Source: Hemiscyllium ocellatum
Lineage: Eukaryota
DNA: 64,000 nt
Reading direction: 5' to 3'
Assembly (NCBI RefSeq): GCF_020745735.1
Contig: NW_026867529.1
Location: forward strand, 186,001 to 250,000
Shown piece after piece: positions 35,060-47,500 of this stretch. Position 1 is the stretch's first letter; each line of letters opens with the position of its first letter. The position numbers and the translations under genes were made by a program. The notes beneath the pieces were generated by a model. It did no database searches and had not been told where the DNA came from. It saw only the letters and a list, made by a program, of their open reading frames with translations.

Positions 35060-35260
35060 CTTATTCAAGGGCATGCAGTTAGCTGCTAGAGGATATGGTG
35101 GGGGCTGGTACAATTGCGACATTTAAAAGGCATCAGGATGAATATGTGAATAGGAAGGGTTTAGAGGGATATCAGCCAAGTGCTAGCAAATGGAACTAAA
35201 TTAAGTTGGATATCTGGTTGGCATGAAGAAGTTGGGCCGAAGGGTCTGTTTCCATGCTGT
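35060..35260 (+). mobile_element. CR1/HER1 LINE 3' tail
   Basis: GGTACAATTGCGACATTTAAAAGGCATC.GGATG...GGGCCGAAGGGTCTGTTTCCATGCTGT. Confidence 0.8.
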
Positions 35261-35390
35261 GCATCTCTCTGAATAGATTGTTGCAAAGTATCAGACAAGG
35301 CTTGGATTGTGTGTCTCTCTCATGCTTTCTCAGAATCTGCAAATGCAATGTCTCCATATTTCCACAAAACATTAAGAAAGAGAAAAAAAC

Positions 35391-38300
35391 GGTCAGTACT
35401 GAGGGAGTGCCACACCGTTGGAGGGTCAGTGATACGTTAGTATTGCACTGTCAGAGGATCTGTACTGAAGAAAAGCTGCACTGTCGGATTGTCAATACTG
35501 AAGGATTCCTGTACTGTCAGAGGGTCAGTTAGGATGGAGTGCTGCATTGTCAGAGGGTCAGTACTGAGGGAGTGCTGCACTGTCAGAGGGTCAGTTAGGA
35601 TGGAGTGCTGCACTGTCAGCAGATCAGTAATGAGGGAGTGCTGCATTGTCAGCAGATCAGTAATGAGGGACTGCTGCACTGTCAGAGGGTCAGTACTGAG
35701 GGAGTGCTGTACTGTCAGAGGGTCAGTACTGAGGGAGTGCTGTACTGTCAGAGGTTCAGTACTGAGGGAGCGTTGCACTGTCAGAGGGAGAGTACTGAGA
35801 GAGTGCTGCACTGTCAGAGGGTCAGTACTGAGGGAGTGTTGCACTGTCAGAGGGTCAGTACTGAAGGAGTGCTGCACTGTCAGAGGGTCAGTACTGAGGG
35901 AGTGCTGTACTGTGAGAGGGTCAGTAATGAGGGAGTATCACAATGTCACAGGGTCAGTACTGGGGGAGTGCCACACTTTCGGAGGGTCTCTACTGTCAGA
36001 AGATCAGTACTGAGGGTGCACTATATTGTCAGCTGGTCGGCATCAAGTGAGCGCTGCAACGTGACAGGGTCAGTATTGAGAGCGTGCTGCGCTGTCAGAG
36101 GGTCTGGACTGAGGGAGCGCTATACTGTCAGAGGGTCTGGACTGAGGGAGTGCTGCACTGTCTGAGTGTCAGTCCCAGGGGAAGGCCACACTGTCAGAGC
36201 GTCAGTAATGTGGGAGTACCGTGCAGTCGGTAAGTCGGTAATGAGGGTTTACCACATTGTCAGTGGATCAGTCCTGAGGGCGTGCTATACTGAGAGAGGG
36301 TCAGTACAAAACGAGCACTGCACTTTTGGAGGGCTATTACTCAGGGAGAACAACACTGTTGGAGAGTCAGTGCTGAAGGATTGCTGCACTGTCAGAGGGT
36401 CAGTACTGAGGGCGCGCTGCACCGTCAAAGGTCAGTACTGAGGATGTGCTGCACTGTCAGAGTGTCAGTACTGATGGAGTGCTGCACTGTCAGAGGGTCA
36501 GTACTGAGGTAGTGCTGCACAGTTGGACGGTCAGTACTGAGGGAGTGCTGCACTGTCAGAGGGTCAGTACTGAGAGAGTGCTGCACTGTCAGAGGGTCAG
36601 TACTGAGAGAGTGCTGCACTGTCGGAGGGTCAGTACTGAGGGAGTGCTGCACTGTCAGAGGGTCAGCACTGACGGTGTGCTGCATTGCCCAAGGGAGAGT
36701 ACTGATGAAACTCCTCACTGTCGGAGGTTCAGAACTGAAGGAGTGCTGCACTCTCAGAGGCTCAGTACTGTGGGAGAGTTAAACTGTCAGAGGGTCAGTC
36801 CTGAGGCAGCACCACACTGTCAGTGGGTAAGTACTGAGGGAGTGTCGCACTGTCGGAGGGTCTGTACTGCGGGAGCACCACACTGTCAGTGGGTAAGTGC
36901 TGAGGGAGTGTCGCACTGTCGGAGGGTCTGTACTGCGGGAGCACCACACTGTCAGTGGGTAAGTGCTGAGGGAGTGTCGCACTGTCGGAGGGTCTGTACT
37001 GCGGGAGCACCACACTGTGAGAGGGTCAGTACTGAGGGTGTGCTGCATTGCCAGAGGGTTCAGTACTGAGGGAAACCTCACTGTCAGAGGGTCTTTACTC
37101 GAAGATTGTTGCACTGCCACATGGTCAGTACCGAGGGAGTACTGCAATGTCAAACAGTCAGTACTGAGGGAGTGCTGCAACGTGAGAGCGTTAGTACTGA
37201 GGGAATGCTGCGCTGTTAGATGGTCAGTGCTGAGGGAGCACTCCAATGTCAGAGATTTTGTACTGAGGGAGCGGTTTACTCTCAGAGGGTCAGTACTGAG
37301 GGAGTGCTGCACTGTTGGAGGGTCAGGACTGAGGCAGTGCTGCACTGTTGAAGGGTCAGTACTATGGAAGTGCTGACTCTTGGAGGGTTAGTCGTGTGGG
37401 AGGGGGATACTGTCAGAGGGTCAGTATTGAGAGTGTGGCACACTATTGGAGAGTCAATACTCAGGGAGCACCACGCAATCAAAGGGTCAGTACGGAGACA
37501 GTGCCTCACTGTTGGAGTGTCAGTACTGAGAGAGTCCCTCACTGTCAGAGGGTCAGTATGGGGCAGTGCCGCATTGTCACTGACTTTCCAAAATGTGGCA
37601 CACCCTCAGTCCTGATCCTCTGACAGATCGCCATGCACTCAGTGCTGAGAGAGTGCCACACTTTTGGAAAGACAGTATTGAGGGAGTGGTGCACTGCCAG
37701 AGGGTCAGTACAAAGGATGTGCCAAACTATCGGAGGTGAGGACTGAGGGAGCACTGCACTGTCAAAGGGTGAGAAGTGAGGCAATGCACACTGTCAGTGG
37801 GTCAGTACTGAGGGAGTACCGCATTGCCAGAGGATCAGTATTGAGGGAATGTTACACTGTCAGAGGTCAGTACTGAGGGAGTACCGCATTGCCAGAGGAT
37901 CAGTATTGAGGGAATGTTACACTGACAGTGGGTCAGTACTGAGGGAGCACCACATTGCCAGAGGATCAGTATTGAGGGAATGTTACACTGTCAGAGGTCA
38001 GGACTGAGGGAATGCTAAACTGTCAAAGGATCAGTACAAAATGAGCACTGCACTGTTGAAGAGTTATTACTGAGGGAGAACAACACTGTCGTAGCATCAG
38101 TGCTGAGGGAGTGCTGCACTGTCAGAGGGTCAGTATTGAGGGAGTGCTGCACTGTCAGAGGGCCATACAGAGGGAGTGCTGCACTGTCAGAGGGTCAGTA
38201 TTGAGGGAGTGCTGCACTGTCAGAGGGTCAGCACAGAGGGAGTGCTGCACTGTCAGAGGGCCGTACAGAGGGGCTGCTGCATTGTCGGAGAGTCGTACAG

Positions 38301-38550
38301 AGGAAATGCTGCACTGTCGGAGGGTCATACGGAGGTCTGTACTGAGGGAGTGTCACACTGTCAGAGGTTAAGTCCTCAATGAATGCTACCTTCTCAGAGG
38401 GTCAGTACTGAGGGAGCATTGCACCATCAGAGGGTCAGTACTGAGGGACCGCTACACTGCCAGAGTGATAGTACTGAAGGAGTACTGTACTGTCAAAGGT
38501 TCAGTACTGAGGGAGTGCTACACATTCAGAGGTGCAGGACAGAGGGAGTT
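35391..38550. repeat. 33-bp satellite, degenerate edge subfamily A (~95 monomers)
   Basis: Consensus GAGGGAGTGCTGCACTGTCAGAGGGTCAGTACT; local 66-bp dimer repeats at ~36800-37010 and ~65-bp dimers at ~37790-37990. Confidence 0.97.
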
Positions 38551-41500
38551 GCCGCACTGTCAGTGTCAGTACTGATGGAATGCCGCACTGTTGGAGTGTC
38601 AGCACTGAGGGAGGGCTGCACTGTCAGGAGTTTAGTACTGAGGGAGGGCCGCACTGTCAGGGGTTTAGTTCTGAGGGAGGGCACCACTGTCAGGAGTTTA
38701 GTACAGAGGGAGGGCTGCACTGTCAGGAGATGAGTACTGAGGGAGGGCCGCACTGTCAGGGGTTTAGTACTGAGGGAGGGCCGCACTGTCAGGGGTTTAG
38801 TACTGAGGGAGTGCTGAATTGTCAGGAGTTTCGTACTGAGGGAGGGCCGCTCTGTCAGGGGTTTAGTACTGAGGGAGGGCCGCACTGTCAGGAGTTTAGT
38901 ACGGGGGGAGGGCCGCACTGTCAGGAGTTTATTACTGAGGGAGGTTCGCACTGTCAGGAATTTAGTACTGAGGTAGGGCCGCACTGTCAGGAGTTTAGTA
39001 CTGAGGGAGGGCCGCACTGTCAGCAGTTTAGTTCTGAGGGAGGTCGGCACTGTCAGGAGTTTAGTACTGAGGGAGGGCCGCAATGTCAGGAGTTTAGTAC
39101 TGAGGGAGGGCTGCTCTGTCAGGAGTTTAGTACTGAGGGAGGGCACCACTGTCAGGAGTATAGTACTGAGGGAGGGCCGCACTGTCAGGAGTTTAGTTCT
39201 GAGGGAGGTCTGCACTGTCAGGAGTTTAACACTGAGGGAGGGCCGCACTGTCAGGAGTTTAGTACAGAGGGAGGGCTGCACTGTCAGGAGATGAGTACTG
39301 AGGGAGGGCCGCACTGTCAGGGGTTTAGTACAGAGGGAGGGCCGCACTGTCAGGAGTTTAGTACTGAGGGAGTGCTGAATTGCCAGGAGTTTCATACTGA
39401 GGGAGGGCCGCTCTGTCAGGGGTTTAGTATTGAGGGAGGGCCGCACTGTCAGGAGTTTAGTACGGGGGGAGGGCCGCACTGTCAGGAGTTTATTACCGAG
39501 GGAGGTTCGCACTGTCAGGAATTTAGTACTGAGGTAGGGCCGCACTGTCAGGAGTTTAGTACTGAGGGAGGGCCGCACTGTCAGCAGTTTAGTTCTGAGG
39601 GAGGGCGGCACTGTCAGGAGTTTAGTACTGAGGGAGGGCGGCACTGTCAGGAGTTTAGTACTGAGGGAGGGCCGCACTGTCAGGAGTTTAGTACTAAGGG
39701 GTGGCACCACTGTCAGGATTTTAGTTCTGAGGGAGTGCACCACTGTCAGGAGTTTAGTACTGAGGGAGGGCCGCACTGTCAGGAGTTTAGTACTGAGAGT
39801 GGGCCGCACTGTCACGAGTTTAGTACTGAGGGAGGGCCGCACTGTCAGGAGTTTAGTTCTGAGGGAGGTTTGCACTGTCAGGAGTTTTGTTCTGAGGGAG
39901 GGCCGCACTGTCAGGAGTTTAGTACTGAGGGAGGGCCGCACTGTCAGGAGTCTAGTACTGAGGGAGGGCCACACTGTCAGGAGTTTAGTACTGAGGGAGG
40001 GCCGCACTGTCAGGAGTTTAGTTCTGAGGGAGGGCCGCACTGTCAGGAGTTTAGTACTGAGGGAGGGCACCACTGTCAGGAGTTTAGTACTGAGGGAGTG
40101 CCGCACTGTCAGGAGTTTAGTTCTGAGGGAGGGCCGAACTGTCAGGGGTTTAGTACTGAGGGAGGGGCGCACTGTCAGGAGTTTAGTACTGAGGGAGGGC
40201 CGCACAGTCAGGAGTTTAGTACTGAGGGAGGGCCGCACTGTCAGGATTTTAGTACTGAGGGAGTGTTGTATTGTCAGGAGTTTAGTACTGAGGGAGGGCC
40301 GCTCTGTCAGGGGTTTAGTACTGAGGGAGGGCCGCATTGTCAGGAGTTTAGTACTGAGGGAGGGCCGCACTGTCAGGAGTTTATTACTGAGGGAGGTTCG
40401 CACTGTCAGGAATTTAGTACTGAGGTAGGGCCGCACTGTCAGGAGTTTAGTACTTAGGGATGGCCGCACTGGCAGGAGTTTAGTACTGAGGGAGGGCTGC
40501 ACTGTCAGGAGTTTAGTACTGAGGGAGGGCACCTTTGCCAGGAATTTAGTACTGAGGGAGGGCTGCACTGTCAGGAGTTGAGTACTGAGGGAGGGCCGCA
40601 CAGTCAGGAGTTTAGTACTGAGGAGTGCACCACTGTCAGGAGTTTAGTACTGAGGGAGATTCGCACTGTCAGGAATTTAGTACTGAGGGAGGTCCGCACA
40701 GTCAGGAGTTTCGTACTGAGGGAGGGCCGCACTGTCAGGTGTTTAGTACCGAGGGAGGGCCGCACTGTCAGGATTTTAGTTCTGAGGGACGTGTGCAATG
40801 TCAGTGGTTTAGTTCTGAGGTAGGGCGGCACTGTCAGGAGTTTATTACTGAGGGAGGTTCGCACTGTCAGGAATTTAGTACTGAGGTAGGGCCGCACTGT
40901 CAGGAGTTTAGTACTTAGGGATGGCCGCACTGGCAGGAGTTTAGTACTGAGGGAGGGCTGCACTGTCAGGAGTTTAGTACTGAGGGAGGGCACCTTTGCC
41001 AGGAATTTAGTACTGAGGGAGGGCTGCACTGTCAGGAGTTGAGTACTGAGGGAGGGCCGCACAGTCAGGAGTTTAGTACTGAGGAGTGCACCACTGTCAG
41101 GAGTTTAGTACTGAGGGAGGTTCGCACTGTCAGGAATTTAGTACTGAGGGAGGTCCGCACAGTCAGGAGTTTCGTACTGAGGGAGGGCCACACTGTCAGG
41201 GGTGTAGTACTTAGGGAGGGCCGCACTGTCCGGAATTTAGTACTGAGGGAGGGCCGCACAGTCAGGAGTTTAGTACTGAGGGAGGGCCGCACAGTCAGGA
41301 GTTTCGTACTGAGGGAGGGCCACACTGTCAGGGGTGTAGTACTTAGGGAGGGCCGCACTGTCCGGAATTTAGTACTGAGGGAGGGCCGCACAGTCAGGAG
41401 TTTAGTACTGAGGGAGGGCCGCACTGTCAGGGGTGTGGCATTGAGGGAGGGCCCCACTGTCAGGAGTTTAGTACTGAGAGAGGTTCGCACTGTCAGGAGT

Positions 41501-44500
41501 TTAGTACTGAGGGAGGGCCGCACTGTCAGGAGTTTAGTACTGAGGGAGGGCTGCACTGTCAGTATTTAGTACCGAGGGAGGGCTGAACTGTCAGGAGTTT
41601 AGTTCTGAGGGAGGTTCGCACTGTCAGGAGTTTAATACTGAGGGAGGGCCGCACTGTCAGGAGTTTAATACTGAGGGAGGGCCGCACTGTCAGTAGTTTT
41701 GTACCGAGGGAGGGCTGCACTGTCAGGATTTTTGGACTGAGGGAGGACCGCACTGTCAGGATTTTAGTACTGAGGGAGGGCCACACTGCCAGGAGTTTAG
41801 TTCTGAGGGAGGTGTGCAATGTCAGTGGTTTAGTACTGAGGGAGGGCCACACTGTCAGTGTCAGTACTGATGGAATGCCGCACTGTTGGAGTGTCAGCAC
41901 TGAGGGAGGGCTGCACTGTCAGGAGTTTAGTACTGAGGGAGGGCCGCACTGTCAGGGGTTTAGTTCTGAGGGAGGGCACCACTGTCAGGAGTTTAGTACA
42001 GAGGGAGGGCTGCACTGTCAGGAGATGAGTACTGAGGGAGGGCCGCACTGTCAGGGGTTTAGTACTGAGGGAGGGCCGCACTGTCAGGGGTTTAGTACTG
42101 AGGGAGTGCTGAATTGTCAGGAGTTTCGTACTGAGGGAGGGCCGCTCTGTCAGGGGTTTAGTACTGAGGGAGGGCCGCACTGTCAGGAGTTTAGTACGAG
42201 GGGAGGGCCGCACTGTCAGGAGTTTATTACTGAGGGAGGTTCGCACTGTCAGGAATTTAGTACTGAGGTAGGGCCGCACTGTCAGGAGTTTAGTACTGAG
42301 GGAGGGCCGCACTGTCAGCAGTTTAGTTCTGAGGGAGGTCGGCACTGTCAGGAGTTTAGTACTGAGGGAGGGCCGCACTGTCAGGAGTTTAGTACTGAGG
42401 GAGGGCCGCACTGTCAGGAGTTTAGTTCTGAGGGAGGTCTGCACTGTCAGGAGTTTAACACTGAGGGAGGGCCGCACTGTCAGGAGTTTAGTTCTGAGGG
42501 AGAGCTGCACTGTCAGGTGTTTAGTACTGAGGGAGGGCCGCACTGTCAGGAGTTTAGTACTGAGGGAGGATCGCACTGTCAGGGGTTTAGTACTGAGGGA
42601 GGGCCACACTCTCAGGGGTTTAGTTCTGAGGGAGGGCACCACTGTCAGGAGTTTAGTACAGAGGGAGGGCTGCACTGTCAGGAGATGAGTACTGAGGGAG
42701 GGCCGCACTGTCAGGGGTTTAGTACAGAGGGAGGGCCGCACTGTCAGGGGTTTAGTACTGAGGGAGTGCTGAATTGTCAGGAGTTTCATACTGAGGGAGG
42801 GCCGCTCTGTCAGGGGTTTAGTATTGAGGGAGGGCCGCACTGTCAGGAGTTTAGTACGGGGGGAGGGCCGCACTGTCAGGAGTTTATTACTGAGGGAGGT
42901 TCGCACTGTCAGGAATTTAGTACTGAGGTAGGGCCGCACTGTCAGGAGTTTAGTACTGAGGGAGGGCCGCACTGTCAGCAGTTTAGTTCTGAGGGAGGGC
43001 GGCACTGTCAGGAGTTTAGTACTGAGGGAGGGCGGCACTGTCAGGAGTTTAGTACTGAGGGAGGGCCGCACTGTCAGGAGTTTAGTACTAAGGGGTGGCA
43101 CCACTGTCAGGATTTTAGTTCTGAGGGAGTGCACCACTGTCAGGAGTTTAGTACTGAGGGAGGGCCGCACTGTCAGGAGTTTAGTACTGAGAGTGGGCCG
43201 CACTGTCACGAGTTTAGTACTGAGGGAGGGCCGCACTGTCAGGAGTTTAGTTCTGAGGGAGGTTTGCACTGTCAGGAGTTTTGTTCTGAGGGAGGGCCGC
43301 ACTGTCAGGAGTTTAGTACTGAGGGAGGGCCGCACTGTCAGGAGTCTAGTACTGAGGGAGGGCCACACTGTCAGGAGTTTAGTACTGAGGGAGGGCCGCA
43401 CTGTCAGGAGTTTAGTTCTGAGGGAGGGCCGCACTGTCAGGAGTTTAGTACTGAGGGAGGGCACCACTGTCAGGAGTTTAGTACTGAGGGAGTGCCGCAC
43501 TGTCAGGAGTTTAGTTCTGAGGGAGGGCCGAACTGTCAGGGGTTTAGTACTGAGGGAGGGGCGCACTGTCAGGAGTTTAGTACTGAGGGAGGGCCGCACA
43601 GTCAGGAGTTTAGTACTGAGGGAGTATTGTATTGTCAGGAGTTTAGTACTGAGGGAGGGCCGCTCTGTCAGGGGTTTAGTACTGAGGGAGGGCCGCATTG
43701 TCAGGAGTTTAGTACTGAGGGAGGGCCGCACTGTCAGGAGTTTATTACTGAGGGAGGTTCGCACTGTCAGGAATTTAGTACTGAGGTAGGGCCGCACTGT
43801 CAGGAGTTTAGTACTTAGGGATGGCCGCACCTGCAGGAGTTTAGTACTGAGGGAGGGCTGCACTGTCAGGAGTTTAGTACTGAGGGAGGGCACCTTTGCC
43901 AGGAATTTAGTACTGAGGGAGGGCTGCACTGTCAGCGGTTGAGTACTGAGGGAGGGCCGCACAGTCAGGAGTTTAGTACTGAGGAGTGCACCACTGTCAG
44001 GAATTTAGTACTGAGGGAGGTCCGCACAGTCAGGAGTTTCGTACTGAGGGAGGGCCGCACTGTCAGGATTTTAGTTCTGAGGGACGTGTGCAATGTCAGT
44101 GGTTTAGTTCTGACGTAGGGCGGCACTGTCAGGAGTTTATTACTGAGGGAGGGCCGCACTGTCAGGAGTTTAGTACTGAGGGAGGGCTGCACTGTCAGGA
44201 GTTTAGTTCTGAGGGACGGCACCACTGTCAGGAGTTTAGTACTGAGGGAGGTTCGCACTGTCAGGAATTTAGTACTGAGGGAGGTCCGCACAGTCAGGAG
44301 TTTCGTACTGAGGGAGGGCCACACTGTCAGGGGTGTAGTACTTGGGGAGGGCCGCACTGTCCGGAATTTAGTACTGAGGGAGGGCGGCACAGTCAGGAGT
44401 TTAGTACTGAGGGAGGGCCGCACTGTCAGGGGTGTGGCATTGAGGGAGGGCCCCACTGTCAGGAGTTTAGTACTGAGGGAGGTTCGCACTGTCAGGAGTT

Positions 44501-47500
44501 TAGTACTGAGGGAGGGCCGCACTGTCAGGAGTTTAGTACTGAGGGAGGGCTGCACTGTCAGTATTTAGTACCGAGGGAGGGCTGAACTGTCAGGATTTTA
44601 GTTCTGAGGGAGGTTCGCACTGTCAGGAGTTTAGTTGTGAGGGAGGTTCGCACTGTCAGGAGTTTAATACTGAGGGAGGGCCGCACTGTCAGGAGTTTAA
44701 TACTGAGGGAGGGCCGCACTGTCAATAGTTTTGTACCGAGGGAGGGCTGCACTGTCAGGATTTTAGGACTGAGGGAGGACCGCACTGTCAGGATTTTAGT
44801 ACTGAGGGAGGGCCACACTGTCAGGAGTTTAGTTCTGAGGGAGGTGTGCAATGTCAGTGGTTTAGTACTGAGGGAGGGCCACACTGTCAGGAGCTTAGTT
44901 CTGATGGAGGTGTGCAATGTCAGTGGTTTAGTTCTGAGGGAGGGCGGCACTGCCAGGTGTTTAGTTCTGAGGGAGGTTCGCACTGTCAGGAGTTTAGTAC
45001 TGAGGGAGGGCCGCACTGTCACGAGTTTCGTACTGAGGGAGGGCCGCACTGTCAGGAGTTTATTACTGAGGGAGGTTCGCTCTGTCAGGAGTTTCGTTTT
45101 GAGGGATTGCTGCACTGTCAGGAGTTTTGTACTGAGGGAGGGCCGCACTGTCAGGAGTTTAGTACTGAGGGAGGTTCGCACTGTCAGGAGTTTCGTTTTG
45201 AGGGATAGCTGCACTGTCAGGAGTTTAGTACTGAGGGAGGGCCGCACTGTCAGGAGTTTAGTACTGAGGGAGGGCCACACTGTCAGGAGTTTTGTACTGA
45301 GGGAGGGCCGCACTGTCAGGAGTTTAGTACTGAGGGAGGTTCGCACTGTCAGGAGTTTCGTTTTGAGGGATAGCTGCACTGTCAGGAGTTTAGTAATGAG
45401 GGAGGGCCGCACTGTCAGGAGTTTTGTACTGAGGGAGTGCCGCACTGTCAGGAGTTTAGTTCTGAGGGAGGGCCGCACTGTCAGGAGTTTAGTACTGAGG
45501 GAGGGCACCACTGTCAGGAGTTTAGTACTGAGGGAGGGCCGCACTGTCAGGAGTTTAGTTCTGAACGAGGGCCGCACTGTCAGGAGTTTAGTACTGAGGG
45601 AGGGGCGCGCTGTCAGGTGTTTAGTACTGAGGTAGGGCCGCACGGTCAGGAGTTTAGTACTGAGGGAGGGACGCACTGTCAGGAGTTTAGTTCTGAACGA
45701 GGGCCGCACTGTCAGGAGTTTAGTACTGAGGGAGGGACGCACTGTCAGGAGTTTAGTTCTGAACGAGGGCCGCACTGTCAGGAGTTTAGTACTGAGGGAT
45801 GGCCGCACTGGCAGGAGTTTCGTTTTGAGGGATAGCTGCACTGTCAGGAGTTTAGTAATGAGGGAGGGCCGCACTGTCAGGAGTTTTGTACTGAGGGAGT
45901 GCCGCACTGTCAGGAGTTTAGTTCTGAGGGAGGGCCGCACTGTCAGGAGTTTAGTACTGAGGGAGGGCACCACTGTCAGGAGTTTAGTACTGAGGGAGGG
46001 CCGCACTGTCAGGAGTTTAGTTCTGAACGAGGGCCGCACTGTCAGGAGTTTAGTACTGAGGGAGGGGCGCGCTGTCAGGTGTTTAGTACTGAGGTAGGGC
46101 CGCACGGTCAGGAGTTTAGTACTGAGGGAGGGACGCACTGTCAGGAGTTTAGTTCTGAACGAGGGCCGCACTGTCAGGAGTTTAGTACTGAGGGAGGGAC
46201 GCACTGTCAGGAGTTTAGTTCTGAACGAGGGCCGCACTGTCAGGAGTTTAGTACTGAGGGATGGCCGCACTGGCAGGAGTTTAGTACTGAGGGAGGGCTG
46301 CACTATCAGGTGTTTAGTACTGAGGGAGGGCACCATTGTCAGGAGTTTAGTACTGAGGGAGGGCTGCACTGTAAGGAGTTGAGTACTGAGGGAGGGCTGC
46401 ACTGTCAGGAGTTTAGTTCTGAGGGACGGCACCACTGTCAGGAGTTTAGTACTGAGGGAGGTTCGCACTGTCAGGAATTTAGTACTGAGGGAGGTCCGCA
46501 CAGTCAGGAGTTTCGTACTGAGGGAGGGCCACACTGTCAGGGGTGTAGTACTTAGGGAGGGCCGCACTGTCCGGAATTTAGTACTGAGGGAGGGCCGCAC
46601 AGTCAGGAGTTTAGTACTGAGGGAGGGCCGCACTGTCAGGGGTGTGGCACTGAGGGAGTGCCCCACTGTCAGGAGTTTAGTACTGAGGGAGGTTCGCACT
46701 GTCAGGAGTTTAGTACTGAGGGAGGGCCGCACTGTCAGGAGTTTAGTACTGAGGGAGGGCTGCACTGTCAGTATTTAGTACCGATAGAGGGCTGAACTGT
46801 CAGGATTTTAGTACTGAGGGAGGGCCACACTGTCAGGAGTTTAGTTCTGAGGGAGGTTCGCACTGTCAGGAGTTTAATACTGAGGGAGGGCCGCACTGTC
46901 AGGAGTTTAATACTGAGGGAGGGCCGCACTGTCAGTAGTTTTGTACCGAGGGAGGGCTGCACTGTCAGGATTTTAGGACTGAGGGAGGACCGCACTGTCA
47001 GGATTTTAGGACTGAGGGAGGGCCACACTGTCAGGAGTTTAGTTCTGAGGGAGGTGTGCAATGTCAGTGGTTTAGTTCTGAGGGAGGGCGGCACTGCCAG
47101 GAGTTTAGTTCTGAGGGAGGTTCGCACTGTCAGGAGTTTAGGACTGAGGGAGGGCCGCACTGTCACGAGTTTAGTACTGAGGGAGGGCCGCACTGTCAGG
47201 AGTTTATTACTGAGGGAGGTTCGCTCAGTCAGGAGTTTCGTTTTGAGGGATAGCTGCACTGTCAGGAGTTTAGTACTGAGGGAGGGCCGCACTGTCAGGA
47301 GTTTAGTACTGAGGGAGGGCCACACTGTCAGGAGTTTTGTACTGAGGGAGGGCCGCACTGTCAGGAGTTTAGTACTGAGGGAGGTTCGCACTGTCAGGAG
47401 TTTCGTTTTGAGGGATAGCTGCACTGTCAGGAGTTTAGTACTGAGGGAGGGCCGCACTGTCAGGAGTTTTGTACTGAGGGAGTGCCGCACTGTCAGGAGT

